Source: Promethearchaeota archaeon (GTDB lineage Archaea > Asgardarchaeota > Lokiarchaeia > Sigyniarchaeales > Promethearchaeaceae). Taken from it: DNA of 32,000 nucleotides. A model generated the notes under the pieces. That model made no database searches. It was given only the letters and a program-made list of their open reading frames with translations, and was not told the origin of the DNA. Below, one piece after another: positions 1 through 9,287 of the stretch (positions are counted from its first letter, which is position 1; each line of letters opens with the position of its first letter). The position numbers and the translations under genes were made by a program. The stretch covers positions 30,001-62,000 of the forward strand of contig JAFGBS010000008.1 of assembly GCA_016933055.1 (NCBI GenBank), given 5' to 3'.

Positions 1-66
1 AAACAGCTAAAATAAAATCATCCCTAACATTATTTCAAAAAATTAGCTAGAATCGGTACAAAGAAT

Positions 67-1026
67 ATGGATGAACTTACGAAATCCCCATCAAAGAAGA
101 TGCGTGCCATCATAAGATGCCTTAGACCGCATCAATGGTATAAAAACGGTGTAATCCTATTAGGGATATTCTTTGGGGGTAAAATTTTGGATTATCATCT
201 TTATCTGGAATTATTGGTAGGATTTATCACCTTAGGATTTGTGTCGTCCTTAAATTACCTTTTTAATGATCTTATAGATTATAGAAAAGATCAATCGCAT
301 CCCGAAAAAAAAACTCGTCCTATAGCTGCGGGGAATATTAAAATAGGTAGTGCGGTAGGCATTGCCATAATTTTGATAATATTGATTGGTTTGGGAAACT
401 GGGGAATTTATTTATTGTCATCTAAAGAGATCACCATTAATTTCAGCGCCATTTCACTTCTAATTATTATTCATGGATTATTTTACACTCTCTTATTCAA
501 ACATTATGCAATTATCGATGTGTTGACCCTATCATTGTTTTACATATGGAGAACACTGGCGGGAATCTTTATTGCAGATGTTGTTTTCTCCCCATGGCTT
601 TACCTCATCGTATTTTTAAGTGCATTATTACTCGCTGTAAATAAACGAAAAGCGGATCTACTTTTTTTGGGAAAGGAAAAAGCGATTCTACATAAACCAA
701 TCTATAGTAAATATTCTACGACATTATTGACTCAAGTTTCAACCATAGCTGCAGTTGGTCTTTTTATGACTTATGCATTTTATTGTATTTTGGGTCCTTT
801 GAGTGAATTTACTGGACCTGAATTACAAAATAATCAATATTTTATCTTATGCTCCATACCAATTGCGTTATATATCGTCCTACGTTATCTTTATATCGTC
901 GAAACGAAACTTGAAGTAGCAAGAAAAGCAGAGAAAGCTCTATTTGACGTGGGGATTATAACGGGAGGTATAATATTAGTGATTGTGATTTACATTGCAA
1001 ATTATGTGCCTTTACCATTCTGGTAA
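67..1026 (+). CDS. UbiA-superfamily prenyltransferase, decaprenyl-phosphate phosphoribosyltransferase (DPPR synthase)-like
   Basis: N-terminal RPHQWYKN, Asp-rich NDLIDYRKDQSHPEKKTRPIAAG, IDVLTLSLFYIWRTLAG and KRKAD motifs typical of the DPPR-synthase branch of UbiA; about 8-9 hydrophobic segments. Confidence 0.85.
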   Translation: MDELTKSPSKKMRAIIRCLRPHQWYKNGVILLGIFFGGKILDYHLYLELLVGFITLGFVSSLNYLFNDLIDYRKDQSHPEKKTRPIAAGNIKIGSAVGIAIILIILIGLGNWGIYLLSSKEITINFSAISLLIIIHGLFYTLLFKHYAIIDVLTLSLFYIWRTLAGIFIADVVFSPWLYLIVFLSALLLAVNKRKADLLFLGKEKAILHKPIYSKYSTTLLTQVSTIAAVGLFMTYAFYCILGPLSEFTGPELQNNQYFILCSIPIALYIVLRYLYIVETKLEVARKAEKALFDVGIITGGIILVIVIYIANYVPLPFW

Positions 1027-1049
1027 AATACCAATGATGATGAAAAATC

Positions 1050-2231
1050 ATGAAATCTGCTCAAATATACGTAAAACGAGTAACATCTAATACAATCCTC
1101 CAAGATTATGCAGACTTGATGGATTCGTCCAATTATACCAAATATTTCAAACCTTCAGAAAAAGTAATTGTTAAACTTAATTTATCTTGGTCGAAATATT
1201 TTCCCGCTTGCTCCTCTCCACCTTGGCAAGTGGATGGTGTGCTTGGGAAGTTAAAAGCCGATGGATTTACAGGCAAAGATATCTTTACCGCGGAGAATCG
1301 AACGGTTGTGACTAATATTAAAAAGGGTCTAATTGGAAACAAGTGGGAGCCTATTATTACTCGTCACAATTGTTATTTTGTTCCACTCACGCGTGTTCCC
1401 TTTGTTTCATTTCAATCTAAAATACCATTACTAGCATTGGATTCCAAGATTTTTCCCGAGGGTTTTTCTATTCCTAAATTATATATCGGAAAAAACATCA
1501 TTCATTTGCCAACCATGAAAACTCATGGTCATACAGGCGCACGAGGGGGTTCATTTTCTGACAAAAATCCCGAGATGCAAGGCGGGATAACATGTGCCAT
1601 AAAAAACTCTTTTGGGGGATTATTAACTAAACGAAGACATCATTCCCATGAATATATGAGTGAAGTGTTAGTGGATTTATTAATTATACAACAACAAATC
1701 CATCCAAACATTATGGCCATAGTAGATGGAACAGTAGCGGGGGATGGAGCAGGTCCTCGATGTTTGATTCCTCGAATTAAAAATACTATCCTTGCGGGAT
1801 ATGATCAAGTTGCAGTTGACGCTGTGGTTGCAAAATTAATGGGATTTGATCCCATGAAACTACCTTTCATTAAAATAGCTCATGATATGGGATTAGGCTG
1901 TGGTGATGTAGATCAAATAGAAATAATCGGTGAAGATATTAGAGGAGAAAATTGGGGGTTCAAAGCAAAAAGAAGCCTTGTTATTTGGGCAGATCAACAA
2001 GTTCGTAAAGGTAGACTCCGTTTTCTGAAGGAAATAATGATGTATAATCGCATTGTCTTCAATTTATTAACCGTAAATATGTCCGGGATCTATCATGATG
2101 TGGTATGGTATAACACAATTGGAAAATATCGAATTTTCCGATATAATAAAACTGAATGGGGAAAGCTTTTCAAAAGTTACTCAAGTGTTCCTCTTCCTAA
2201 CCATATCCTCAATACTATTCGTCATGAGTGA
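1050..2231 (+). CDS. DUF362 domain-containing protein
   Basis: VIVKLNLSW, IIHLPTMKTH, CAIKNSFGGL, AIVDGTVAGDGAGP and DQVAVDAVVAKLMGFDP motifs; no ferredoxin CxxCxxC cluster visible. Confidence 0.8.
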   Translation: MKSAQIYVKRVTSNTILQDYADLMDSSNYTKYFKPSEKVIVKLNLSWSKYFPACSSPPWQVDGVLGKLKADGFTGKDIFTAENRTVVTNIKKGLIGNKWEPIITRHNCYFVPLTRVPFVSFQSKIPLLALDSKIFPEGFSIPKLYIGKNIIHLPTMKTHGHTGARGGSFSDKNPEMQGGITCAIKNSFGGLLTKRRHHSHEYMSEVLVDLLIIQQQIHPNIMAIVDGTVAGDGAGPRCLIPRIKNTILAGYDQVAVDAVVAKLMGFDPMKLPFIKIAHDMGLGCGDVDQIEIIGEDIRGENWGFKAKRSLVIWADQQVRKGRLRFLKEIMMYNRIVFNLLTVNMSGIYHDVVWYNTIGKYRIFRYNKTEWGKLFKSYSSVPLPNHILNTIRHE

Positions 2232-2244
2232 AGGAGAAATCCAA

Positions 2245-2793
2245 ATGACTAGTCATATGGCACATAAATCCGAGATGCACAGCTATGTGCAAATAACTCT
2301 CTACTTGGTATTTGCTGGTGGGATGATTGCATTGAATTATTTTATTCAATTTTTTAACATATCGGTGGTTGCTCCGTGGGTAGAATCTAGATGGGGGCAC
2401 ATATTAATTATAAATGGGCTATATTTATCTCAAACTCCCATTAACATGACAGAATTCGTTGGATCAATTATAGCGGTAGGAATCACATATCTTATTAAAT
2501 TTTTCTTGGATAAATTCATAGTGTTTAAAAATCGCGACGCTACCCTTAAAACCACAAGTAAACAGTTTTTGATCTATTTTGTCTTGGCCGTATTTACGAC
2601 CTTAGAAAATGTTGGAATTCAACTTCTGTTTACAAATGTATTTGGAACTCCTCTGGTGGTAAGTGTAATAACTGCGTTAAGTGCGGGTTATATAACGAAA
2701 TATTTTCTTGATAAGAGATTTGTGTTTCCAAATACCACTTTAAATCAAAAAGAACAACCAAAAGTCGATCCTAACAATCAAACTATAACTTAA
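2245..2793 (+). CDS. GtrA-family lipid-linked sugar flippase
   Basis: Four hydrophobic helices with twofold internal repeat (ITYLIKFFLDKFIVF / ITKYFLDKRFVF). Start moved from 2095 to ATG 2245 because AAGGAG at 2231-2236 precedes it and 2095 overlaps DUF362 by 137 nt; ATG 2224 is an alternative. Confidence 0.75.
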   Translation: MTSHMAHKSEMHSYVQITLYLVFAGGMIALNYFIQFFNISVVAPWVESRWGHILIINGLYLSQTPINMTEFVGSIIAVGITYLIKFFLDKFIVFKNRDATLKTTSKQFLIYFVLAVFTTLENVGIQLLFTNVFGTPLVVSVITALSAGYITKYFLDKRFVFPNTTLNQKEQPKVDPNNQTIT

Positions 2794-2888
2794 ATCCACA
2801 TTTGCCCGTTATAAATCATCCTTGATCGATTGGTAAACTATAAGCTTTCATGATGATTTTTATTTAGGAAAAAACAGATGGATACTTA

Positions 2889-5800
2889 ATGAATTATCTT
2901 GGTTTAATTGGGGGAGCCTTTGGATCATATCTATTTGGATCCATTCCTTTGGCTTATATCTCTACATACATAATTAAAAAAGAAAATATTACTGAAATAG
3001 GATCCAAGAGTATAGGAGTTCAAAATGCATTCACCTCGGGTGGTTTAGCTGCGGGAATCATCACTGTCATAGGGGAGATATCCAAAGCCGTAGTACCAAT
3101 ACTAATTGCATTTTTATTCTTTAATACAGGTTTCCTAACCTTTATTGATTTCTTGTTAGGATATCATAATAGGCATATCGCGTTTTTATTTGTTGGATGT
3201 AGTTTTCTAGGAACAAATTTCTCATTATTTATGAAATTCAAAGGTGGGATGGGATTCACTATCACAATTTGGTCCTTACTATTATTAGCACCAATAGCTT
3301 TATTGATAATGGCAGTAACCATACTGAGTTTAACTGCTATTTATCGTAGCTATGCTAAAGCAAACCTAGTTATGGAGAAATCTAAGTATTTGATTTCCTT
3401 ACTGCTTTTGGTTTCCACCATATGGACTCCGTACTGGTGGTCGGCTTTTTTATTTGGGTTAACAATCTCTATCACATATTTCCTTAAACGCAAACAAAAT
3501 TTAGAAGAAATTCGGGTAATTACATCACGAACATTTCAACCAAAATTACGAAAATTAAAGGAATATTATAAAAAAAATCCCCGGTATGTATTTTTTTTAG
3601 AAGATTTAGGTAAGGAAAATAACGTTGGTAACAAAGCAAAAAATATCTCCTTTCTAAACCGCAAGGGTTTTCGTGTTCCAGAATCTATCGTAATCACATA
3701 TACTGCTTTTATTGATTATCAAAAAAACCGGGAGGATCTATTATTTCATTTAAATCAGGAATTGAGGGCATATATTAAAGAGGGGATCAAATATACAGTT
3801 CGTTCTTCAGCGAATTATGAAGATACCATGGAATATTCTTTTGCAGGCCAATATCTAACCTTCTTGAATGTAACAACATTAAAAGAACTGATTCTAAAAG
3901 TCTCTCAAATCTGGGATTCTGCACTCACATCTAATAACAACGTCTATACCCAAATTCTAGTTAAAGATAAGCAAACCATAAAAATGGGAATCGTAATTCA
4001 AGAGATGATAGATCCACAATTTTCTGGAGTTGTTTTTACGAGAGATCCTGTTTACAATCTTAATGAAGTAATTGTGGAAATTGTAGAAGGTTTGGGGGAC
4101 ATTTTAGTACAAGAAGGCGTTACGCCCGAATGTTGGGTATTCAAATGGAATCAATGGTTGAAAGTACCAGATGCAAACAAGGTTGATGTCCTAGAACAAA
4201 TTGTTAAGGAAGCAAAAAAAATCGAAAAGAAGTACGGTAAACCCGTGGATCTGGAGTTTGCGTATGATGGAAAGGAGATTTTCTGGCTACAATTGCGGGA
4301 TATAACCACTATGAAACATGCACGCCTATATTCCAATAAGATTTCAAAAGAATTCCTGCCTGGTATGATAAAACCCCTAGTTTTTTCTGTAAACATACCT
4401 GTTGTGAATTCATCATGGAAGAAAATATTCAGACAACTCATTGGTTTTCCTGCCAGGCAGATTGACGTAGATCATCTCACAAAGTCCTTTTACTATCGTG
4501 CTTATTTTAATATGGGAGTTATTGGAGATATATTCCAAGTTGTAGGAATGCCACGTGATCTTCTGGAAATTCTCGCTGGTATTGATGTCGAGAATGTTGA
4601 AAAACCCAAATTTAAACCAAGTATAATTACCCTTAGGTATTTACCACGAATGATAGTTTTTGGGATCAAACTCTTTCTTTTGTCCAAAAAGATAGAAAAA
4701 CATCTACGGACCTATCAGAAAAAATATAATATACTAGAAAATAGTCTTCACAAATCTGCAAATATCAAAACTTTGTTTTCCCAAGTTGACAAATTGTTCA
4801 AGTTAACTATTCGTTCATCATATCTCGTCATTTTATCTCAGTTACTCAATAGTCTCTACACGGGGATTGTACGGAAACGACTCGAAAAAACGAAATACTC
4901 ATTTGAAAAGATAAATTTCACTCTCCTAAATCCTCGGATTAAATATCAAGATTTTCGAACTTCTATGGAAAAAATTCACAATCATTTCACTACTTTGAGT
5001 CCACATGCTCAAGAAGTCATCAAATCGATGAGTTACGACCAGCTTAGTAACTATTCTGAATATGGAGAATTTTCATCATTGATTTCTGGATTTATGTTAC
5101 GGTTTGGATTTTTGCGAGAAAGTGGTAATGACTTCTCAATCCCTGCTTGGATAGAAATTCCAAATACCGTACTAAAAATGCTAATCAATTTTTCTTCCCC
5201 CAAATCAACAAATTATACTCCTGTAGAAACAGAAAAAATAATCGCTGAAGTATTTAGTTCTCCTCTATCCCGTTTTCTTTTTAATCGATCTCTCAAATAT
5301 CAAGAATATCGTGAATCCGTGAACCAATTGTATATGTATGGATACGGACTATTTCGTCCCTTCTTTCTGCAAATCGCTGAAATTTTTGTAAAAGAAAACA
5401 TGATCAGCGAAATTAATGATATTTTCTATTTAACCTATGATGAAATTCAGGAATTAGCCTCTAATAAAAGCATGGTAGATCACTATCAGCATCAAATCGA
5501 TGAACGCAAAAAAGAAATGGAAAAATACAGAGACATATTTCTCCCCGAAATAATTTATGATGACACTCCTCCAGAACCCTTATCTGCTGAAAGATCAAAT
5601 AAGGTGCTAAAAGGTGTAGCGACTTCTAGAGGAATATATGTTGGTAAAGTTAAAGTCGTAAAAAGCCTAGATGACTATGATAAGATAAAAGAGGGAGATG
5701 TACTTGTTATTCCTTATTCTGATATCAGCTGGACGCCTTTATTTGCAAAAGCTAAAGCCGTGGTATCAGAATCTGGGGGTATTCTCTCTCATTGCTCTAT

Positions 5801-5945
5801 AGTTGCACGGGAATATAAAATCCCTGCCGTTGTATCCGTAAATGGAGCATTGACTCTTAAGGATAATACAATTGTTGTAGTAGATGGTAATTCGGGTATT
5901 ATTTCCGTCGTTAACGAAAACATCACCGAGGAAAAAAACGAATGA
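2889..5945 (+). CDS. Fusion: PlsY-like (G3P acyltransferase fold) membrane domain + PPDK/PEP-synthase ATP-grasp + central substrate domain + C-terminal phospho-His swivel domain (RPH/PigC-type layout)
   Basis: aa 1-210: YLFGSIP, GSKSIGVQNAF, GEISKA, FKGGMG (PlsY pattern). aa ~235-475: GNKAKN, GFRVP, VRSSANYED, SFAGQY, VIQEMI, SGVVFTRDP, VDLEFA, LQLRDIT. C-terminus: SESGGILSHCSIVAREYKIPAV with His968 (CAT 5790-5792). Confidence 0.85.
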   Translation: MNYLGLIGGAFGSYLFGSIPLAYISTYIIKKENITEIGSKSIGVQNAFTSGGLAAGIITVIGEISKAVVPILIAFLFFNTGFLTFIDFLLGYHNRHIAFLFVGCSFLGTNFSLFMKFKGGMGFTITIWSLLLLAPIALLIMAVTILSLTAIYRSYAKANLVMEKSKYLISLLLLVSTIWTPYWWSAFLFGLTISITYFLKRKQNLEEIRVITSRTFQPKLRKLKEYYKKNPRYVFFLEDLGKENNVGNKAKNISFLNRKGFRVPESIVITYTAFIDYQKNREDLLFHLNQELRAYIKEGIKYTVRSSANYEDTMEYSFAGQYLTFLNVTTLKELILKVSQIWDSALTSNNNVYTQILVKDKQTIKMGIVIQEMIDPQFSGVVFTRDPVYNLNEVIVEIVEGLGDILVQEGVTPECWVFKWNQWLKVPDANKVDVLEQIVKEAKKIEKKYGKPVDLEFAYDGKEIFWLQLRDITTMKHARLYSNKISKEFLPGMIKPLVFSVNIPVVNSSWKKIFRQLIGFPARQIDVDHLTKSFYYRAYFNMGVIGDIFQVVGMPRDLLEILAGIDVENVEKPKFKPSIITLRYLPRMIVFGIKLFLLSKKIEKHLRTYQKKYNILENSLHKSANIKTLFSQVDKLFKLTIRSSYLVILSQLLNSLYTGIVRKRLEKTKYSFEKINFTLLNPRIKYQDFRTSMEKIHNHFTTLSPHAQEVIKSMSYDQLSNYSEYGEFSSLISGFMLRFGFLRESGNDFSIPAWIEIPNTVLKMLINFSSPKSTNYTPVETEKIIAEVFSSPLSRFLFNRSLKYQEYRESVNQLYMYGYGLFRPFFLQIAEIFVKENMISEINDIFYLTYDEIQELASNKSMVDHYQHQIDERKKEMEKYRDIFLPEIIYDDTPPEPLSAERSNKVLKGVATSRGIYVGKVKVVKSLDDYDKIKEGDVLVIPYSDISWTPLFAKAKAVVSESGGILSHCSIVAREYKIPAVVSVNGALTLKDNTIVVVDGNSGIISVVNENITEEKNE

Positions 5946-7177
5946 TCATTTTCAGTATAAAAAATGCTTTTCGCAAAAAGGGAACTGCGATTTTGGCTTC
6001 TTTAGGAGTCGCCTTTGGACTAATGTTAGTATTCGTCGTTTCCGCTTTCACTGCAGGACTAAAAGTTCAATTTGAAGATAATTTAACTCGAACTCTGGGT
6101 ATTGTTAACGTCATTGAAACATCTGAAATCGGTCCAGAAAGTAAACTACCTATAGATATCGTAGAAAAAATATATGCTACTGAGGGAATTGGGGGTTCCA
6201 TATTAGGGTATAATGTTGAAACTCAGGCACCATTTCTTTTCACAGTGGAGTATGCAGACAAATTACGAAATACTGGAGATGCAATTGCTCTTTCGGGTTT
6301 AAATGCTAGTATTGATGAAGAATGGGAGGGTTATACAACGAACCTAATAGAGGGAAGATCATTCATCCCAGGGCAAAACGAAACAATAATTGGAACGAAT
6401 TTGAGAGATATAGCCCAATTTCCTGTAGAAATTGGGGATATAATTGAACTTACTTTGAATCCAATCAATGCAACTCGTGTGAACTTGACTATTGTCGGAG
6501 TATATCAAAGTATAAATGATGGTACTCCTGTATTTGTGCCCCAAAATTATTTTATTTACACAGACATCCAATTTATTTGGGATATGTTAGCTGAAGTAAA
6601 TAAGACTATAAATACCTATAGTTTGGTTCAATTTCGCTTCGATGTGAGAAGTAATTTAGAAACCAATCAATTTGTAGAGAAAATTAATAATGCATCTGAA
6701 AACGGGGATTTTAGTCCGACCTATGTATCCGCTTTTGCTTTAGCAACGTTTTATGAAGCTGTAGAGGAAAATCTAAGCGTTATTGATACTTTCACAGCCG
6801 TTCTGGGGGTGATAACTATCTTAGCTGGGGGTATGGCAATCATTGTTACCCAGTTGATGTCGGTCTCTTCACGGATGAAGGAATTTGCCATTCTGAAAGC
6901 AACTGGGTGGAAAAATGTTCATATTTTCGTAAATATAATATTGGAATCATTAACTCTTAGCCTTTTAGGGGCAATAATTGGGATAGGAATCGGATTTGGA
7001 ATGATATTTTTACTGAGTGGGGAATCCAGTCCCTTTGGGGCAGCTCCTGCTATAGTGAATTTTATCGAACTGATAAAAGTGTTTGTTTATGCAATCAGTT
7101 TAGGCATACTAGGGGGTCTATATCCTGGAATTAAAGCAGCAAGAGTGAGACCAGTGGTTGTTTTAAAGAACGAGTAG
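5942..7177 (+). CDS. ABC transporter permease, MacB/FtsX/LolE family
   Basis: One N-terminal TM, large extracytoplasmic domain, then three TMs with SSRMKEFAILKATGW and GGLYPGIKAARVRPV motifs; ATGA overlap with upstream stop. Confidence 0.9.
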   Translation: MIIFSIKNAFRKKGTAILASLGVAFGLMLVFVVSAFTAGLKVQFEDNLTRTLGIVNVIETSEIGPESKLPIDIVEKIYATEGIGGSILGYNVETQAPFLFTVEYADKLRNTGDAIALSGLNASIDEEWEGYTTNLIEGRSFIPGQNETIIGTNLRDIAQFPVEIGDIIELTLNPINATRVNLTIVGVYQSINDGTPVFVPQNYFIYTDIQFIWDMLAEVNKTINTYSLVQFRFDVRSNLETNQFVEKINNASENGDFSPTYVSAFALATFYEAVEENLSVIDTFTAVLGVITILAGGMAIIVTQLMSVSSRMKEFAILKATGWKNVHIFVNIILESLTLSLLGAIIGIGIGFGMIFLLSGESSPFGAAPAIVNFIELIKVFVYAISLGILGGLYPGIKAARVRPVVVLKNE

Positions 7178-7192
7178 GAGTAAAGGTTGATT

Positions 7193-7900
7193 ATGTTAAT
7201 TAAATTAGAGCAAGTAAGCAAAATTTATGGAGAAAAAGAGACAGAAATACGTGCATTAGACGGAGTTGATTTGCAGATCGATTTTGGTGAAGTCGTAACC
7301 ATCATGGGCCCCTCTGGTTCTGGAAAAACAACATTGTTAAACGTTATTGGGGCTATGGATTCTCCTACAAGCGGAAGAGTGCTGATCAATAATCGAAATA
7401 TTGCTAATTTACCAGAAAGAAGTTTATCGGAATATAGGAAGAATATACTTGGTTATATATTTCAAAATTTTTATCTTCTTCCCAATATAGACGTGTTAGG
7501 AAACGTATTGGTTCCATTAGTGCCGTACATAATACGAGAGGAGAGTAAACAACATGCTATCAGCTTGCTAAAAAAAGTTGGATTAGAAGGTCGAGAAAGT
7601 AGTAAAGTAAGTAAATTATCGGGAGGAGAATCCCAACGAGTAGCAATAGCACGCGCTTTAATCAATAATCCACGAATAATTCTTGCAGATGAACCAACAG
7701 GGAATCTTGATTCCAAAACGGGGAGGAATATAATCGATCTTCTTCTAAAATTGTCATATGAAAGGAAAACCGTCATCATTGTTACTCATGATCCTCGGAT
7801 CGCACATACTGTTTCAGAGCACAAAAAAGGTCGAAATATCTGGATAAAAGATGGAAAACTTATCCAGGACCCCGATTTTGATATTTACGAATGGGACTAA
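7193..7900 (+). CDS. ABC transporter ATP-binding protein, LolD/MacB family
   Basis: Walker A GPSGSGKT, Q-loop IFQ, signature LSGGESQR, Walker B ILADEPTGNLD, switch VTHD; ATG 7193 preferred over TTG 7187. Confidence 0.95.
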   Translation: MLIKLEQVSKIYGEKETEIRALDGVDLQIDFGEVVTIMGPSGSGKTTLLNVIGAMDSPTSGRVLINNRNIANLPERSLSEYRKNILGYIFQNFYLLPNIDVLGNVLVPLVPYIIREESKQHAISLLKKVGLEGRESSKVSKLSGGESQRVAIARALINNPRIILADEPTGNLDSKTGRNIIDLLLKLSYERKTVIIVTHDPRIAHTVSEHKKGRNIWIKDGKLIQDPDFDIYEWD

Positions 7901-7915
7901 TTTCCATGATTATTT

Positions 7916-8770
7916 TTATTCATCTTCACAATAATTTTCCCCATCTCCATAAAGAAAGAAATCTCGAGTTAATTTTGCATTTGGAATAATTGAGTATTTC
8001 CCTAAATCACAAATCCCGTTTAGCATTAAAATCTCATCATCTATGAAAAAATTCCCCGTAACTTCATTACTCGGCTGAGTTAGAATGAGATAGGCAGCAT
8101 CCGCTACTATTTCCGGTTTTCGGGATTGTTTCATTATGGCATCTCCCCCTAAAAGGTTTTGAATTGCAGCAGTTCCGATTGCTGTGCGAGGCCATAGTGC
8201 ATTAACTGCAATCTTGTCCTTCTTAAACTCCTCTGCAAGACCTAAAACGCACATAGACATGCCGAATTTACTCATCGTATAGGCTAAACTACTTTGAAAC
8301 CAACGGGAATCCATATGAAGTGGTGGTGAAAGCATCAAAATATGTGGGTTTTCTGCTTTTCTTAAGTAAGGAATAGCTTTTTGAGAACACATAAAAGTAC
8401 CTCGAAGATTCACTGATAACATTAAATCAAATCGTTTCATGGGAGTTTGAAGCGTTGGAGTGAAACTGATAGCAGATGCATTATTAACTAAAATATCAAT
8501 TCCACCAAACTGGTTAATTGTTTCAATGATTGCATACTCAACTTGATCTTCAAACCGTATATCTGTTATTAAAGGAATTGCATCCCCCCCTTCCCGTTTA
8601 ATTTCTTCAACTGCAGTATATACAGTTCCAGGTAACTTAGGATGTGGTTTTGAGGTTTTTCCGATTACAGCGATCTTTGCCCCATCTTGTGCAGCTCGAA
8701 TTGCAATAGCTTTACCAATTCCCCGGCTACTTCCAGTAATGAATAGGACCTTATTCTTTAATGAGTTCAT
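7916..8770 (-). CDS. Short-chain dehydrogenase/reductase, HSDL2-like (no SCP2 domain)
   Basis: TGSSRGIG, KTSKPHPKLPGTV, NNASA, YTMSKFGMS, NALWPRTAI motifs characteristic of the HSDL2 subfamily. Confidence 0.9.
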   Translation of the reverse strand: MNSLKNKVLFITGSSRGIGKAIAIRAAQDGAKIAVIGKTSKPHPKLPGTVYTAVEEIKREGGDAIPLITDIRFEDQVEYAIIETINQFGGIDILVNNASAISFTPTLQTPMKRFDLMLSVNLRGTFMCSQKAIPYLRKAENPHILMLSPPLHMDSRWFQSSLAYTMSKFGMSMCVLGLAEEFKKDKIAVNALWPRTAIGTAAIQNLLGGDAIMKQSRKPEIVADAAYLILTQPSNEVTGNFFIDDEILMLNGICDLGKYSIIPNAKLTRDFFLYGDGENYCEDE

Positions 8771-8792
8771 GTCTCAATTGGAATTTTCACGA

Positions 8793-8800
8793 TTTAAATA
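8793..8800 (-). promoter_or_regulatory. Putative archaeal TATA box for the HSDL2-like SDR
   Basis: TATTTAAA on the minus strand 23-30 nt upstream of ATG 8770, with purine-rich GGATAAAGA just 5' (BRE-like). Confidence 0.5.
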
Positions 8801-8840
8801 TCTTTATCCTAATATCTATAATTGTTTGATGGACCAGACA

Positions 8841-9248
8841 TTATGTTCTGAAAAATAATATAATCGGTATTATTAAAGCAACAATCCCCGTCGCTATAAC
8901 CGCTATTGTGAATAAATTATATCTTGTGTTATAAGTTTGCAAAATCGATCTATCATAATAACCCTCAACATTTTGATCTTTATACATTTTCAGAAGACCA
9001 TTTAAAAGTTTTTCTCGAGTTTTTTTCCCTTTGGATAACCCCACAAGAGAAACCATGTTTACAATGATTATAAGGATAGAGATAATCGTAAAAATTAGTA
9101 TTTCTGCAAAATCCATCATATCTGAAAATATTGAATTGATTCCCAATCCAATGAAATTCAATACTATTGCTGCTAGAACAAATATAGTATCAGTTTTCGT
9201 GTTAGTTTTTAATTCTTCGATGATATGCTCATGAATCTTTTTTATCAT
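8841..9248 (-). CDS. Hypothetical membrane protein (3 TM)
   Basis: 135-aa ORF filling the gap, three hydrophobic segments, TTTTTAA box at 9272-9278 upstream; function not recognised. Confidence 0.7.
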   Translation of the reverse strand: MIKKIHEHIIEELKTNTKTDTIFVLAAIVLNFIGLGINSIFSDMMDFAEILIFTIISILIIIVNMVSLVGLSKGKKTREKLLNGLLKMYKDQNVEGYYDRSILQTYNTRYNLFTIAVIATGIVALIIPIILFFRT

Positions 9249-9287
9249 AATAAGCGTTGGAACTTTAAGGATTAAAAATTTTCTTCA

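Noticed and set aside
2245-2793. Internal duplication in the GtrA protein
   Set aside because: The two-helix repeat is a normal property of the GtrA family
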